A stretch of DNA of 64,000 bases from Trichoplax adhaerens (taxonomy: Eukaryota > Animalia > Placozoa): NCBI RefSeq assembly GCF_000150275.1, contig NW_002060964.1:1-64000 (forward strand). Direction: 5' to 3'. Within the stretch, counting starts at the first letter, position 1, and each line of letters opens with the position of its first letter. The position numbers were made by a program, and so were the translations under genes. Shown one piece after another: positions 26,843-39,500 of this stretch. Under the pieces are notes generated by a model that was given only the letters and a program-made list of their open reading frames with translations, was not told the DNA's origin and did no database searches.

Positions 26843-28180
26843 ATGGCTCGCGCTGTCGTTTTACTCATTGCTGCTTTGTGCATCACCAACAGCTTTGCTG
26901 CTGTTAATTTTACCTATCATCATTATCCTGAAATGATAGCATTTATGCGGCAAACTCAAGCAAAGTATCCCAGTATTACGTATTTATACAATTTAGGCAA
27001 AAGCGTACAAAATCGCGATTTGCTAGTAATTGCTATTGGCGAGCAACCGAATGTACACACGCCTGGACGACCAGAATTCAAATATGTTGGAAATATGCAT
27101 GGGAATGAAGTTGTTGGACGTGAAATGCTCATCCATCTAATCGACCTTCTAGTAGAAGGATACACCAATAACGACGCAGAAATACGAAATCTGCTTAAAA
27201 CGACAAGAATTCATATTTTACCTTCGATGAATCCTGATGGTTTTGAAGCATCCTATGAAGGTAATTGTACTGGTGTTATTGGTCGCCGAAATGCCAATAA
27301 CGTCGATTTAAATCGAAATTTTCCTGATCGTTTCGTTGCAATAAATACACCAATTCAACCTGAAACACAAGCAATCATCACTTGGTTGAAACAGGAACAT
27401 TTTGTTTTGTCGGCTAATTTACATGGAGGTACTGTCGTTGCCAATTATCCCTACGATAGTTTGGCACCTTCCGTTACACCCAGAAATACATACAGTATGG
27501 CACCTGATGATGATATTCTTATCCAAATTTCTAAAGCTTATTCGGATAATCATGGCTATATGCATATCGGCCGACCAAATTGTTCTAGCAGTCCTAATGA
27601 ATACTTCGCTGATGGAATCACTAACGGTGCAGCCTGGTATTCTATTGATGGTGGAATGCAAGACTATAACTATGTTGATTCGGAATGTTTCGAAGTGACT
27701 CTTGAAATTAGTTGCTGTAAATATCCAACAGCAGATCAACTACCCTTTTTTTGGCAAGCTAATAAAAATGCTTTAATGGCGTATATGAAATCAGTTCATA
27801 TGGGCGTTAAAGGATTTATCTTCGATCAAAATCGAGTTGGCATTTCCAACGCTACGATCAATGTCGTTGGTCGAAACTATAGCGTCTCTTCTAGTGTTGC
27901 TGGAGACTATTGGCGTCTACTAATCCAAGGTACCTATTCGCTAACTGTTTCTGCTCCGGGTTACAGAACAGCAACCAAAACTATTACTATTCCAACCAAT
28001 ACTCAAGCAGTTCAAGTGAATTTTACGTTACAGAGTGCCGCAACAAGCACCATGAATACTATGGGAACGGCTACAACAAAGGCTTCTACCGTGGGAACAA
28101 TTAACTCTGCTCTTAATTTACAAGCAAATTCAGTTTTATCGATGTTCATTATAGCAATAACCGTTTTGATGGCATGGTAA
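26843..28180 (+). CDS. M14B metallocarboxypeptidase, carboxypeptidase M-like, intronless CDS, predicted signal peptide and GPI-type tail (copy 1)
   Basis: 445 aa ORF with PEFKYVGNMHGNE (Zn ligands), DLNRNFPD, SANLHGG, MQDYNY, catalytic EISCCKYP, transthyretin-like GDYWRLL domain, S/T stalk and hydrophobic C-terminus. Confidence 0.95.
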   Translation: MARAVVLLIAALCITNSFAAVNFTYHHYPEMIAFMRQTQAKYPSITYLYNLGKSVQNRDLLVIAIGEQPNVHTPGRPEFKYVGNMHGNEVVGREMLIHLIDLLVEGYTNNDAEIRNLLKTTRIHILPSMNPDGFEASYEGNCTGVIGRRNANNVDLNRNFPDRFVAINTPIQPETQAIITWLKQEHFVLSANLHGGTVVANYPYDSLAPSVTPRNTYSMAPDDDILIQISKAYSDNHGYMHIGRPNCSSSPNEYFADGITNGAAWYSIDGGMQDYNYVDSECFEVTLEISCCKYPTADQLPFFWQANKNALMAYMKSVHMGVKGFIFDQNRVGISNATINVVGRNYSVSSSVAGDYWRLLIQGTYSLTVSAPGYRTATKTITIPTNTQAVQVNFTLQSAATSTMNTMGTATTKASTVGTINSALNLQANSVLSMFIIAITVLMAW

Positions 28181-30533
28181 AATATCATATTGTAGTGAGT
28201 CCATTTTTTAGTGTAGAAAATTGTATCGTATCTGAGATAGATTTGTTATGTATGTAAGAATACAGTAACTTGTTGTACTGCACCTAACGTGTTAGCATAA
28301 GATAAGGTAATAAATTACTAAGATATAGGTATAATACGCCATTACGACTATACTATTTAAATGCAGTAAATCCTAAATAAAGGAGACTTTTAGTAAGCTT
28401 ACTAGGAGGAGTGTATCAAGTCACTCGTGCTAACGTTAACGACTAAGAGTGGAAACACAACGGATTATTTCTCATGTAATGGACCATCAGTACTTCCAAA
28501 ACCATGCTACAATTGAAGTTTTTTTAGGGTTTAAAAGTAAAAGTTATTTACAGCACCGGGTGAAATAGATGACGGGATACTCCCAAGAGTGATTTGTACT
28601 CTATCGTGATATCTCTAATAGTATTTGTATGAGTATTAGTTCAATTCTGTACCCGATCATCCAGCACAAGTTGATTGTTATTGATCTTGTATGTCATTAG
28701 CCTAGTTATTACCCGCATCAAGTACAATAAAATCTGCAAAATAATTGACTTGCTTTATTGTTGAATTTCTGGTCTGGAATGATACAATTTAAAATTCACT
28801 TATTCTATTTGGGGCTCTCATCGGTATCCTATGCTAATTTATTTGTGAAAAATCCTTCTTAATAGACTCTATAATCAAAGCAATATGAGACTAGTATCAT
28901 GTTATTATTTCAGAAAAATTGTAAAACTTTACTGATCACACGAATTTATACGTTAGAAAGGTGATGTTATTGCCTTTTAACTGTCTATTCTACTTTCGCC
29001 TAAATTAATAGAAAGGTTGTGAGTAGTCGATTCGTTAATGTATCCGATTCAGTAGACTCGGAGCATCATCCGATCGAATCAATCCACACGATTAAATGGA
29101 TCGAATTTCATCTACCCTAAAATTGGCTTGTTTGGCTGACCGCATTTTTTAGTTGATAACAGTTGGTACAGGATATCAGTCACATCATGCTTACCCGCCA
29201 CCAAGTTCTTTGATGTTGTCAAAACAATAATAGATAAACATTGTGCGCTACAATATAGCTATTAATGAACGGGTACTATATTAAAAAGATGAGTTAATTA
29301 TAGTTCTGTTGTAATTATTCTGCGGCGATAGTATACTGTAGCTCTATTGTCGCTATTGTAATCTATTGTAATGCCAGCCACAGAAAATTGCGTCATAAAG
29401 GTGGGCAATACACCCATGAAAGAAGGAACAATAAAGGTTATTAGCCTATCGCCAAAATGCTTGTCAAGTTTATCATAGCTCATACCAACATTTTTTTTCG
29501 ATTAACATTAACCCAAGATTAACTCATGTGTTGATAGTGATTAAATTACTTTGAATCCGACAACATTGCTATTTTGTCGAATTAACATTACTTTATCGTC
29601 ATCCTACCCGCTCTTGCTTTTGTGACTTTACCTTATCTAGTTAAAGCTCCGGTATCTTTGGAAATTGAAGGAATCCAAAGAAAACTCTTTGTACATGTAT
29701 TATTGATTGATAGTTTTATCGTTTGTAGAAATTAAACATTAAACTACTTCCATTTTTATATTGATGCTATTTTGTTACATCCTAATACTAATACCTTATA
29801 TGTTATTAGTAACCCAAGTCGCAATGAAATTCCTACCTTAACAAGCCCAGTTCTCGTACCCTTAGAAATTAGGTGACCTTGTAGTAAGCACTTAAATATC
29901 GCTGATACGTATGTGCTCTATCGAAATGTATAGTTTTGCTTGATAACGTTCTTATTTCTGCTAGATAAGCACATTTCTAGAGGAACAGCTCAATACTTTG
30001 AGAGTTTCTTATTCTATCAAGTAGTTTTTGGTAATTTAACTATATTTAGTAGTTTGTAATCTGGCTATTTTTCCACTCTAAATGTTCTATGATAATTAAT
30101 TATGTACATTAAACACTAGTTCGAAGGCTTCTAATATGCATCCATACTATTCATACTATATGTTCAAAATGTTTAGAGCAGATATTAACTCGTAACTCTT
30201 AGCATTCAATATGTCCAGAAGGGCTATTTGGTTCATATAATTTCTTGAAACATCTATGGTCTCACCGCCAGAAAGTGAGAGCTGTATTTCTGCACTGACA
30301 TTAGAAAATAACTACTATGACGAGACCATCTTCTATCAACTTTGTAATACACTATAATAGTAGCAATAGCGAAGCAAATTATGAATTAAAAACATCCATT
30401 AATATTCATTTAGCAGTGATAGATACGGATAGCCAACAAAATAAAATTTACATCATATTCCGTGTTTTAACAATACCTACTACCACATCTTCCATTAACG
30501 TTATCGTGGGTTGTAATAGAAAAAAAATTATAA

Positions 30534-30692
30534 TTATGGCGATGATAAAAATAACATTCGAGTATAACCGTAGCCACCACTGCTTAATCAACACTAATAC
30601 ATGTTGGAATTATGATCAATAACATCTATTAGTGTTAGTTAAGTAGTGGTGGCTACAATAATACTCGAATATCATTTTTCTCATCACCATAA
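30534..30692. repeat. Long inverted repeat (72-bp arms, 15-nt loop)
   Basis: 30534-30605 is the reverse complement of 30621-30692 with about 11 mismatches and no gaps. Confidence 0.9.
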
Positions 30693-31044
30693 CATCTGTG
30701 CTATTCTATTTGTTCAAACTTAGTGTTTTAAAATACTACCATATAGCTATCGGTAAATAAAATCAACGTAATGCATGAAATTTGTATCTGATTGGTTGTA
30801 GATATCTAGAAATTTTTCGGAAGAATGTAGAAATACCATCGAGATATTGCATAGAATTTTAGAGTTGAACTCGCTAGTTTGTAACTTACAACTAGCCACA
30901 ACGTCTCTCTTGCAGTATACTTCACATGGATAATAAATATTTACGCCTATCACTAAGATATTGAGATAATTTTATGGCCAAAAGATTTTGTTTTTAGTAG
31001 CAATGCATTACGATACATTGATGCAACGCAGATATAGTTACTCC

Positions 31045-31600
31045 TTTATGTCATCGCATTCGGTTGCCGTTTATTAGAACGGGTAAAATATGATAAAATC
31101 GAAACTAAATATAGACTTGAAAATTACTCATGAATCAATGCTCTAATATTGATGATATTGTCATTTGTTTGAAAGGATAAAATACGAAGTAATCAAAAAT
31201 AAAGATAGGCTTGAAAATCACTCATTAATTAGTGTCCTTGTATGCAATCAAGTATCTATTCGACAGCACAATATATTATATTTTATCCGAACGTGAATAA
31301 TGCCATGGATTTAACTATGATTGAGATGGAAATAATCTTTAAAACCGCTCATCAATTAATATTTTTTATACGTAAAAGGAATCTATGTCATCGTATTTGG
31401 TTGCTCAAAAAGGTAAAATACGATTGCAACCGAGAAGATAGACTTGAAAATCACTCTTTAATCCACGTCCTTTCAAGTAAAATTTTATACGTACGAGTTT
31501 TAATACCATCATATTCGGCTGTCGCCTATCGAAAAGGGTAAAATGCAATGCAATTAAAAATAGAGATTGCCTTGATATTACTCTTTAATGAGTCTTTTTC
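31045..31600. repeat. Four degenerate ~90-110 bp direct repeats
   Basis: Shared core (G)GGTAAAATA..A......A.AGATAGACTTGAAAATCACTC.TTAAT at ~31081, 31175, 31411 and 31536. Confidence 0.75.
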
Positions 31601-32209
31601 CATTTTTACGCATATCTATAAATTGATTAACATCATACATATATATATGAAGCCGTGCTGCAGGTGAAGATGCAATCAATTCTAGCCTCATTATTCTATA
31701 GTATGATATCCAAAGCCTCTGTTCTTCTACTCGGGTAGAGAATTCAAGTAGGATATCCTACTTGAATGCACAAGATTAAACCTGTTACTCGCTTTTATCA
31801 TTTCTTCAATACTTCCATGGAGATCGATAGGCTCATAATCACATGGATTGGTCCAAACGAAAGAAACAAAAGCTACTAATCCTAAAAAGTTCCATTGCCG
31901 GCAGCAAATGTTAACATCATCCAACAAGAGTGTTACCTTATTCAATCCTCACGACGAGATAAAACCTATTTAAGTGATCAAAATTGTGCGAATCTCACGC
32001 CCATAAGCGGTTAAATCATTGTTCTAATGCATTACTACACTTTGGAGTAGTTACTAGCTGAAGCTGGAGATGATATCGTAGATGGATTAATCTTTCCGTT
32101 AAGGAAAGATTGATAATATTCTCGAGTTTATTGTGAGCTGCAGGCACCGGTACGGAGTAATCCAATCGAAATATTGATAAGAATGATGCAAATAGATTTG
32201 GACCATGTA

Positions 32210-34340
32210 CATCATTGAGTCGGAATAGAGATAAAATAATCGATGTAAAAATGACAAGACTTTACAAACGGCAATGATATCAATTCTCTTCGATTCTAAT
32301 GGTCTTAGCATGATTGAATCTGCACAAGTAGAACAGAGCTTGTACAATTTAACTGATGCATTTTGCTAACATCGTACCGTCGGAATGTTGCCAATAAATT
32401 GCGACTATCTTATAACCCAGTTGGATTAAAGCCAAAATAGTCGGTGCAAAAGTAAGCCAAATTTTACAAAAAACAATACTGTCAATTCCTTTCGATTCCA
32501 GCCTATGTGTTTGCTGATTGTATTAGTAAGAATGATGCAAATAGACTGTGATCATGTTATAACCAAGTTGGAATAGAGGTAAACTCATAAATTAAATTTG
32601 AACCTGGCAAAAAGGAAGAAGCTTTGACGCAAATTTCTATCGATTTTGATTTGGCTGATGCACGTTGTAACTTACGGTGGTCAGTATGTGCATAACTAAG
32701 ATGAAATAGCGCTTAAAGCAGTAGACGTAAAAGTGGCAATATTATAAAGTAAGCAGTAATGTCAATTCCCCTCGATTCTAATTTAGCTTACGCATAGAAC
32801 TTGATTGAAACTGCAAAGATTAGAGTAGATTATAATTTAGCGGATGCATTTTTTGACTAATTAAGACCGTGAGAATGTTGTAAAGAAACTGCGACCAGAT
32901 TATAGCCAAGTTGAATTACCCGCAGCTTTTAAAATAGTGAATGGAAAGTAGAAAAACTTTATAGTAAACGATGATGTTAATTCCTTCGATTCTAATTTAG
33001 TGGATGTATACTGTAGAATATGATTAAAATTGAATGTTACAGTTAATCATAATTGAACTGATGCATTTTCTGACGTAGTACCGTGAGACTATGATAAAAA
33101 GATTGCGACGAAGTTATAACTGAGTTGGTATAGCTGTTAAAGTAATCGATGCAAAATAGTAAAATTTTACTGAAAACAATGACCTTAATTCCTTTGATTC
33201 TAACTTAATTGATACATAGAATAGAGTATGATTAAAACTGTATGGTTAGAGTAAACTATTGTAATTAAACTGCTGGATTATCGAATTACTGTAAGAAGCG
33301 AATTGGAATACCTGTTAAAATAGTAGATGTAAAAATAGCAAAATCTCACTGAAAACAATAACATCGATTTTCCTCAATGCTGTATTGATTTAATTGATAT
33401 TTAGAACATGATTGAAACTGCACGACTAGAGTAGAATATAATTGAACTACTGATTTATCGACTTACTGTAATAAGCGAACTGGAATAGTTGTTAAAGTAG
33501 TAAATGTCAAAATAGCAAAATTTTACTTAAAACAATAATATTGATTTTCCTCTACACTGATTTATTTGATATATAGAACATGATTAAAATTGCTCGATTA
33601 GAGTAGATTATAATCAAACTGCTATTTATAATTATAATTTACCGACTAAATGCAACAACCGAGTAGGAATAGCTGTTAAAGTATGCTTAGAAGATGTAAA
33701 AAAAGCGAAACATTATAGTAAACAATCATGTCAAATTCCATCGATTCGAATTTAATTGATGTAGAGATATAATTAATTGAAAGTGTACTATTACAGTTTA
33801 TTACAATTGAATTGATGACTTGCCGACTTACTATAATAACCGAATTGGAATATCTGTTAAAGTGGTAGATGTCAATATTGCAAAATTTCACTGAAAACAA
33901 TGATGTCAATTTCCCTCGATACAGATTTAGTTGATATATATAGAACGTATTTAAAACCTCGCGATTATAGTAGATTGTAATAGAAATGATACATTTTACC
34001 CACGTAGTACCGTGAGAAGATTGCAAATAGATTGCGACCTGGTTATAACCGAGTTGGAATAGAGATAAAATAATCGATGTAAAATATCGTGATAACAATT
34101 GCCTTCGATTCTAGTTTAATCGACGCATTTGTCGACTTTGTCAAACGATTGTAAGTAGATTGCTACCATATGTATCACCGAGTTGGAATAGGGGCAACAT
34201 GGCTGATGTAAAATAGCAAAACTTTACTCCGTAAACAATAATTTCAATTTCTTTCCATTCTAATTTAACGGATACATTTTGCCGACTTGTTAAATTCGTA
34301 TCGGTCGATGATGGCCTGATTAAAAGTTATAACCCAGTTA
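32210..34340. repeat. Degenerate satellite-like tandem array, ~11-12 units of ~175-220 bp
   Basis: Recurrent blocks ATAACCGAGTTGGAATAG, GATGTAAAAATAGCAAAATTTCACTGAAAACAAT, GTCAATTCCCTCGATTCTAATTTA and ATGATTAAAACTG..GATTAGAGTAGATTATAAT in fixed order. Confidence 0.85.
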
Positions 34341-35903
34341 GGATAGACTAGTTAAGTAGCACTTGTGGTATTATATGGCCATGAATAAGATTGAAGCTTA
34401 ATTGATAATCATTCCGACTCCGATTACCACTCTTGTTGTTATACGTATGTAAATAAACAATTTAAGACATGTAGAAAAAGGTCTCCTCTTCATGACATCA
34501 TTCTTGCCAAGTCGAAAGTACTGGTTTCCTTCCATCGCTAGTTAAAGCATGGATTGTATCGACATGATCAGCAGCTGTCAAGAAATACATTTTTCCGAAC
34601 CAAGTCTATTTTGCATGATAATAATGAGAATGAAAGATCAAAATTTAAGGCGCAACAAAAGCATTCATATCAATGGGCCCGTTATTGCATTTCTTATTTC
34701 CTATTGATTCCTTCCTACTTTTCAAATGGTTATTGTCCATGATTGAAAAAAGATTTGTCTACATTAGGACGCATCTGTTGGTTGGGTGTGATTTTAGCCG
34801 AATGGGTGACTGATGGAAGGCATCCTTTGCTTCGAAGATAAATCAATTTATACTATGGGTATTTCAATAAGACAAGAAAGCGGTTGGATTCAATCGCCAC
34901 CAAATTCAATTATCTTTGTAGGTGTAATTAGATAGATTGTTGCTTGTTTAGGACAACCAGACAAAGAAATGAATTACTGATGTGAGGAAAGCATAACTAC
35001 TGATACCCCTAGAGTGAAAAATTGCTTTTTGAGAATAGAATTGTATTGATCCTTGATTGTCAATTAAATTGGACCAAAAGTGAACAAAAAAGTGTTGAAA
35101 TGGAAGAAGAATAGCCGATAGTCTATCAACAGAAAATCAGCGTATGGAGCGTATATAGGATAATCCATTAACGCCAAAATTGATCGCAATCATCATGATT
35201 CATTTTCTAAACATGACGACAGCTAATAGCGTTGAACATCGGCCATCATATCGCCTTGAAATTCAACGATAATCAACCTGTCCAATCGGTCATAATCAAT
35301 TGCATTAGGGTGGCTCTAAACATAATATGTTATCCATTAAAAAAGGCAATCACTCCGATTAGGCATCATCAGATTTATTCTCAAAGAATCGATCAATCAT
35401 GTCTATGACGTCAGTTCGCAATCAATACAAAAGCTTTCATTTTAAAGTAAAACCGGCAACCAATGGATAATGATGAAAGGGGATGTAAATAAAACAGATA
35501 GATAATTAGTTTGCGTTCAAGTTATTCGCAATCTTGGATAGATTATCGAGTGAGAAAACTTCCTGGTTATTGTTTCAAGCAATCAAATCGATTGTTGATT
35601 AAATAGACAAGAACAAATACTCCTTCATTATCATCTGATCATATTAGAACAGTTCAAAGTTGAAAGAAAGAAAGAGCATTGGAAAAGAGACAAAAAAAGA
35701 AAACAAAACCCGTGTGCGCGTTGCGGCATTGGCCTGGGGTTACGTAATTTCATTGAAGGAATGGAGATACTAGTTATTATCACTAAGTGAAAAGAGAGAT
35801 TTTTAATTTATTTCGTCATATTGCAAGTACTCAAAAGGTTAGAATAAATAATTTATACCATCATATTGTTCAGCATCATTTGAAAAGGTGAGAGAAAGAG
35901 ACG

Positions 35904-35989
35904 GTAAGTGAACAAAAAAAAATTTTCAATTCCGTCCAAATTACAATTCTGCGTATTTTTCACTCATTTATCCTTCTTTGCCAAAGTAG
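35904..35989 (+). other. Putative 5'-UTR intron of carboxypeptidase copy 2
   Basis: G|GTAAGT donor, pyrimidine tract, TAG acceptor 9 nt before ATG 35999. Confidence 0.65.
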
Positions 35990-35998
35990 GACGACATC

Positions 35999-37336
35999 AT
36001 GGCTCAATCAGTTCATTTCTGCTTGATGGTAGCAATAGGCTTATTGATGGCAACATCTAGTAGCGCTATTAACTCCACTTATTTCATGTATCATAATTAT
36101 ACAAGTATGACAGCTTTGCTGCAAGATCTCAACCAGAAATATTCTCATTTAACCAAATTGTACAGCATTGGTAAATCGGTCGATGGACGCGATCTTAACG
36201 TCTTGGCCATTAGTGCTAATCCTGATCGACATGTACCGGGCCAGCCTGAATTTAAATATGTCGGCAATATGCATGGCAATGAAGTGATTGGTCGTGAACT
36301 GTTATTATATTTGTCTGTCCATTTATTGGAAAGTTATGGTACCGATAATGAAATTACTTGGTTGTTAGATAATACTCGAATTCACATTTTGCCTTCTATG
36401 AATCCTGACGGTTTCGAAATGTCCTATGAAGGCAATTGTACTGGTGTTCTTGGACGATATAATCGCAATGGTGTAGATCTCAATCGTAATTTCCCCGATC
36501 AGTATATTCCAGTGAAAAATCTATCCCATCCATTACAGCCAGAAACAATTGCTGTCATGCAATGGATACAAAGTTTACCATTTGTTTTATCAGCTAATCT
36601 TCACGGTGGAACGGTTGTTACTGTCTATCCTTATGATAATCTACCATCCAATTATACCGATCGAACCACGTATAATCGATGTCCTGATGATGAACTCTAT
36701 CGTACCATTAGCAAAATTTATTCCTATGCGCATCCTACCATGCATATCGGCATGCCCAACTGCACTGTGAATGATACCGAGTATTTCAAAGACGGCATTA
36801 TTAATGGCGCCGCATGGTATGCTATTCAAGGAAGCATGCAAGATTATAATTACTTGCAATCCAATTGCTTTGAAACCACGATCGAAGTATCGTGTTGCAA
36901 ATATCCAACTAGTGACCAATTACCTCAATTTTGGCAGCGTAATCAAAAATCATTGATTCAATATATTAAAGCAGTTCATATGGGAGTCAAAGGCTTTGTC
37001 CTTGATTCTCAAGGCAAGCCAATTTCCAATGCTACCATTACCGTCCGTGGCAACTCTCATACAGTCATCTCGGCTAAAGATGGCGATTATTGGAGGCTGT
37101 TAGTGCAAGGAAAGCATACTATCGATGTGACTGCTTCTGGCTATGTTAAAACTACTCAATTAATTGAACTTTCCAGTAATAGCGAGGTGACAGTCGTCAA
37201 TTTTACTCTACAAGCCGTCACAGCAACACAAGCAACTGTTCCAGTGACTGCTTCAACTGGACAGGGTTTTACCATCCAGTCCAATCTCTATCTTATAGCT
37301 TTACTTTTGACCTCTTTAGTCGGTTTTATTTTCTAG
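35999..37336 (+). CDS. M14B metallocarboxypeptidase, carboxypeptidase M-like, intronless CDS (copy 2)
   Basis: 445 aa ORF with PEFKYVGNMHGNE, DLNRNFPD, SANLHGG, EVSCCKYP, GDYWRLL, signal peptide and hydrophobic C-terminus. Clear paralog of 26843-28180. Confidence 0.95.
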   Translation: MAQSVHFCLMVAIGLLMATSSSAINSTYFMYHNYTSMTALLQDLNQKYSHLTKLYSIGKSVDGRDLNVLAISANPDRHVPGQPEFKYVGNMHGNEVIGRELLLYLSVHLLESYGTDNEITWLLDNTRIHILPSMNPDGFEMSYEGNCTGVLGRYNRNGVDLNRNFPDQYIPVKNLSHPLQPETIAVMQWIQSLPFVLSANLHGGTVVTVYPYDNLPSNYTDRTTYNRCPDDELYRTISKIYSYAHPTMHIGMPNCTVNDTEYFKDGIINGAAWYAIQGSMQDYNYLQSNCFETTIEVSCCKYPTSDQLPQFWQRNQKSLIQYIKAVHMGVKGFVLDSQGKPISNATITVRGNSHTVISAKDGDYWRLLVQGKHTIDVTASGYVKTTQLIELSSNSEVTVVNFTLQAVTATQATVPVTASTGQGFTIQSNLYLIALLLTSLVGFIF

Positions 37337-38764
37337 TTTAGTGCCATTGCTTCCGAGTAGCCTGCTAGTAGAATGACTCACTTTGCATTGTAGTTAATCT
37401 CTTGCTATTTTCCTTCTCTTGATTTTCAGTCATTGGTTAAGTAAAAATGGAATGTATAAATTGCGTTGAAAAAATGTTTGTCTTAATTGTACTGTAGTTG
37501 GATTCAATTCCGTGCTAATTTCTCATCTCTATGAGTTTTCTTAGTGTATCCTTCTACACAGGTTCATTTTATTTAATTAAGTTGTTATTCTTGCTGGTGT
37601 CAAGAACTACTGATGACTGTTGATCTTCTACTTAAATATAATGAAATTGATCCCATTTCTTCTTATTGCCTTCGCTTTTAATTTATCATGTTAAACTTCT
37701 TGACCTAATGGCGTCAATCATCTGACGGCAATGAGTCAGCTCTACTCAGGCACTTTAGGTGATGCACTTTTTCATCGATTGTTCGTTATCCTTATGGTTT
37801 TAAGCGTAGTTTAACTCTTTATGTAGGAAATTCTACTTCTCTACTTGATAAGCGTAGATAGATTAGTTATGTCGTATTTAATTGAACTACAAAACCTCCT
37901 TTAGTGATAGCTTTAGGCATTTTCTTGCTTCTGGCGATTACACTGTCATGATGTCCTTCTGCGAGTATCATAGTGCTGTTTCTGCTCATTTGTCATCATC
38001 CATGATCGGTTGTATACTTCTACCAGACGATTTTTTAAGCTAATAAAATTCGATAGCTATGACTTTATGCAAGTGGGAAATGTTTGTGAGAATTTTTGTG
38101 ATTGATGGGGTAGTTTTCAAGCCTAGATAAACGACGCTGTCAGGGCTAGTAACGCAACTTATGAAGTAATCATTTATAGATAGATACTTCCGTATATTGG
38201 AGAATTTTTGAACTGAAAAAAAAATCGCTAGCTACGACGCAATGGATAGGGAAGTATCGAAGGAAAGTTTATCGGACGGCTAGTTTGAAAGACTAATTAA
38301 ACTACTCGTAAGCTATCGCGATTAGCCAGTAATTAATTAAGGAGATGTGTAAAGAAATCTTTGATACTGGAGGATTTTTGAAGCTATGGTAACAAGAAAC
38401 GATGGCAATAAACTCACTAGGAAAGAAAGGAAAAACCTGCCCAAAATCAGTATATGAGACGGCCAGTTTTGAAGCCTAAGAAAACTATTGCTATCATGAT
38501 TGGCCAGTAGAGTGATCAGCTGAAGAAGATGGATTGATTATGACATACCAAGACTGCCATTTATGAAGAAGATTACTAGAACGGCAGACTAAATTGCTAT
38601 CGGGTTTTTCTTTGCCTAGGTAGACTGACTTTAACAGATTTTGCTGAAATTTGATTTATTAATTATTTATACTTAAATTTTACCTTATACTGTCAATGAA
38701 TAATCGAGGAGAATCGTTTATTTTAAATACTTTACGGAAATGAGCCACCCTAAGTATGTAAACT

Positions 38765-39500
38765 AGGATTAATCCAAGTTGAAAGCCATCCTTGAGAGAA
38801 AATATTTGTATTCATGCTTTTCTGTAGTAAAGGAAGTTTCTGCTTTAACTGCAAGTAGATTAAATATCCCAGTCTGGAAAGTCGTGCAAGAGATCAGCAC
38901 AAGTAATGGATCCCCTCCCCTCCACTCGTGATACTTGCTTACTTGTGATATGTACTGTAGACTATTTCACTATGTTGTGCTACATTAATTACCTTCATTC
39001 GAAAAGAAGAGGAACGATTTTGGCAGACTAAAGGATTGATCAAAATTTTGAATGCCTTCATAGGAAGAACATTCTGAACACATGACCTACAGTAAAGCAA
39101 GTTACATTATGAACTAGACTAAATAGCCAGCTTTAAAAAGCTAATAAGACGTCCATACAATTTACAAATCCTGTATTGCCATTTGAAAAGAAAGAGAAAT
39201 TAACTATTTAAGCAGTCGAACAAATTGATTAATTAATTGGGCCGCTTTCAACAGAAAAACATTTTATACTTTTGACGAACATCGGGTTTTCTTTTGCGTA
39301 TGTAGAGTGCGATTGATTATAAACTAACTACTAAAAAAAATACCATGGATTAATCCAAACTTAAATTAAATGTAATCATTGGAAGAACATTTTGTATTTA
39401 TGACCTCTTACTGTGAAGTATGTTATTTCTAGGGATTAACATTTTTAATAGCTACATTGCAGTTGACTAGATAGTCAGTCTGTAAAATCCATGCAAGGCA
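38765..39500. repeat. Three degenerate direct repeats, ~270-310 bp spacing
   Basis: GGATTAATCCAA...GGAAGAACATT.TG.AT..ATGACC...GTAAAG.AAGTT blocks at ~38766, 39033 and 39347. Confidence 0.65.

Noticed and set aside
26956-28104. Overlapping alternative-frame and antisense ORFs within the carboxypeptidases (also 36549-36956)
   Set aside because: Shadows of the real CDS; their similarity between loci simply reflects paralogy.
33676-34098. 140-aa minus-strand ORF in the satellite
   Set aside because: TTG start, I/S/N/Y-biased, and neighbouring repeat units contain stops.
35406-35413. CRE palindrome TGACGTCA upstream of carboxypeptidase copy 2
   Set aside because: A single 8-mer is plausible by chance in 64 kb; no supporting context.
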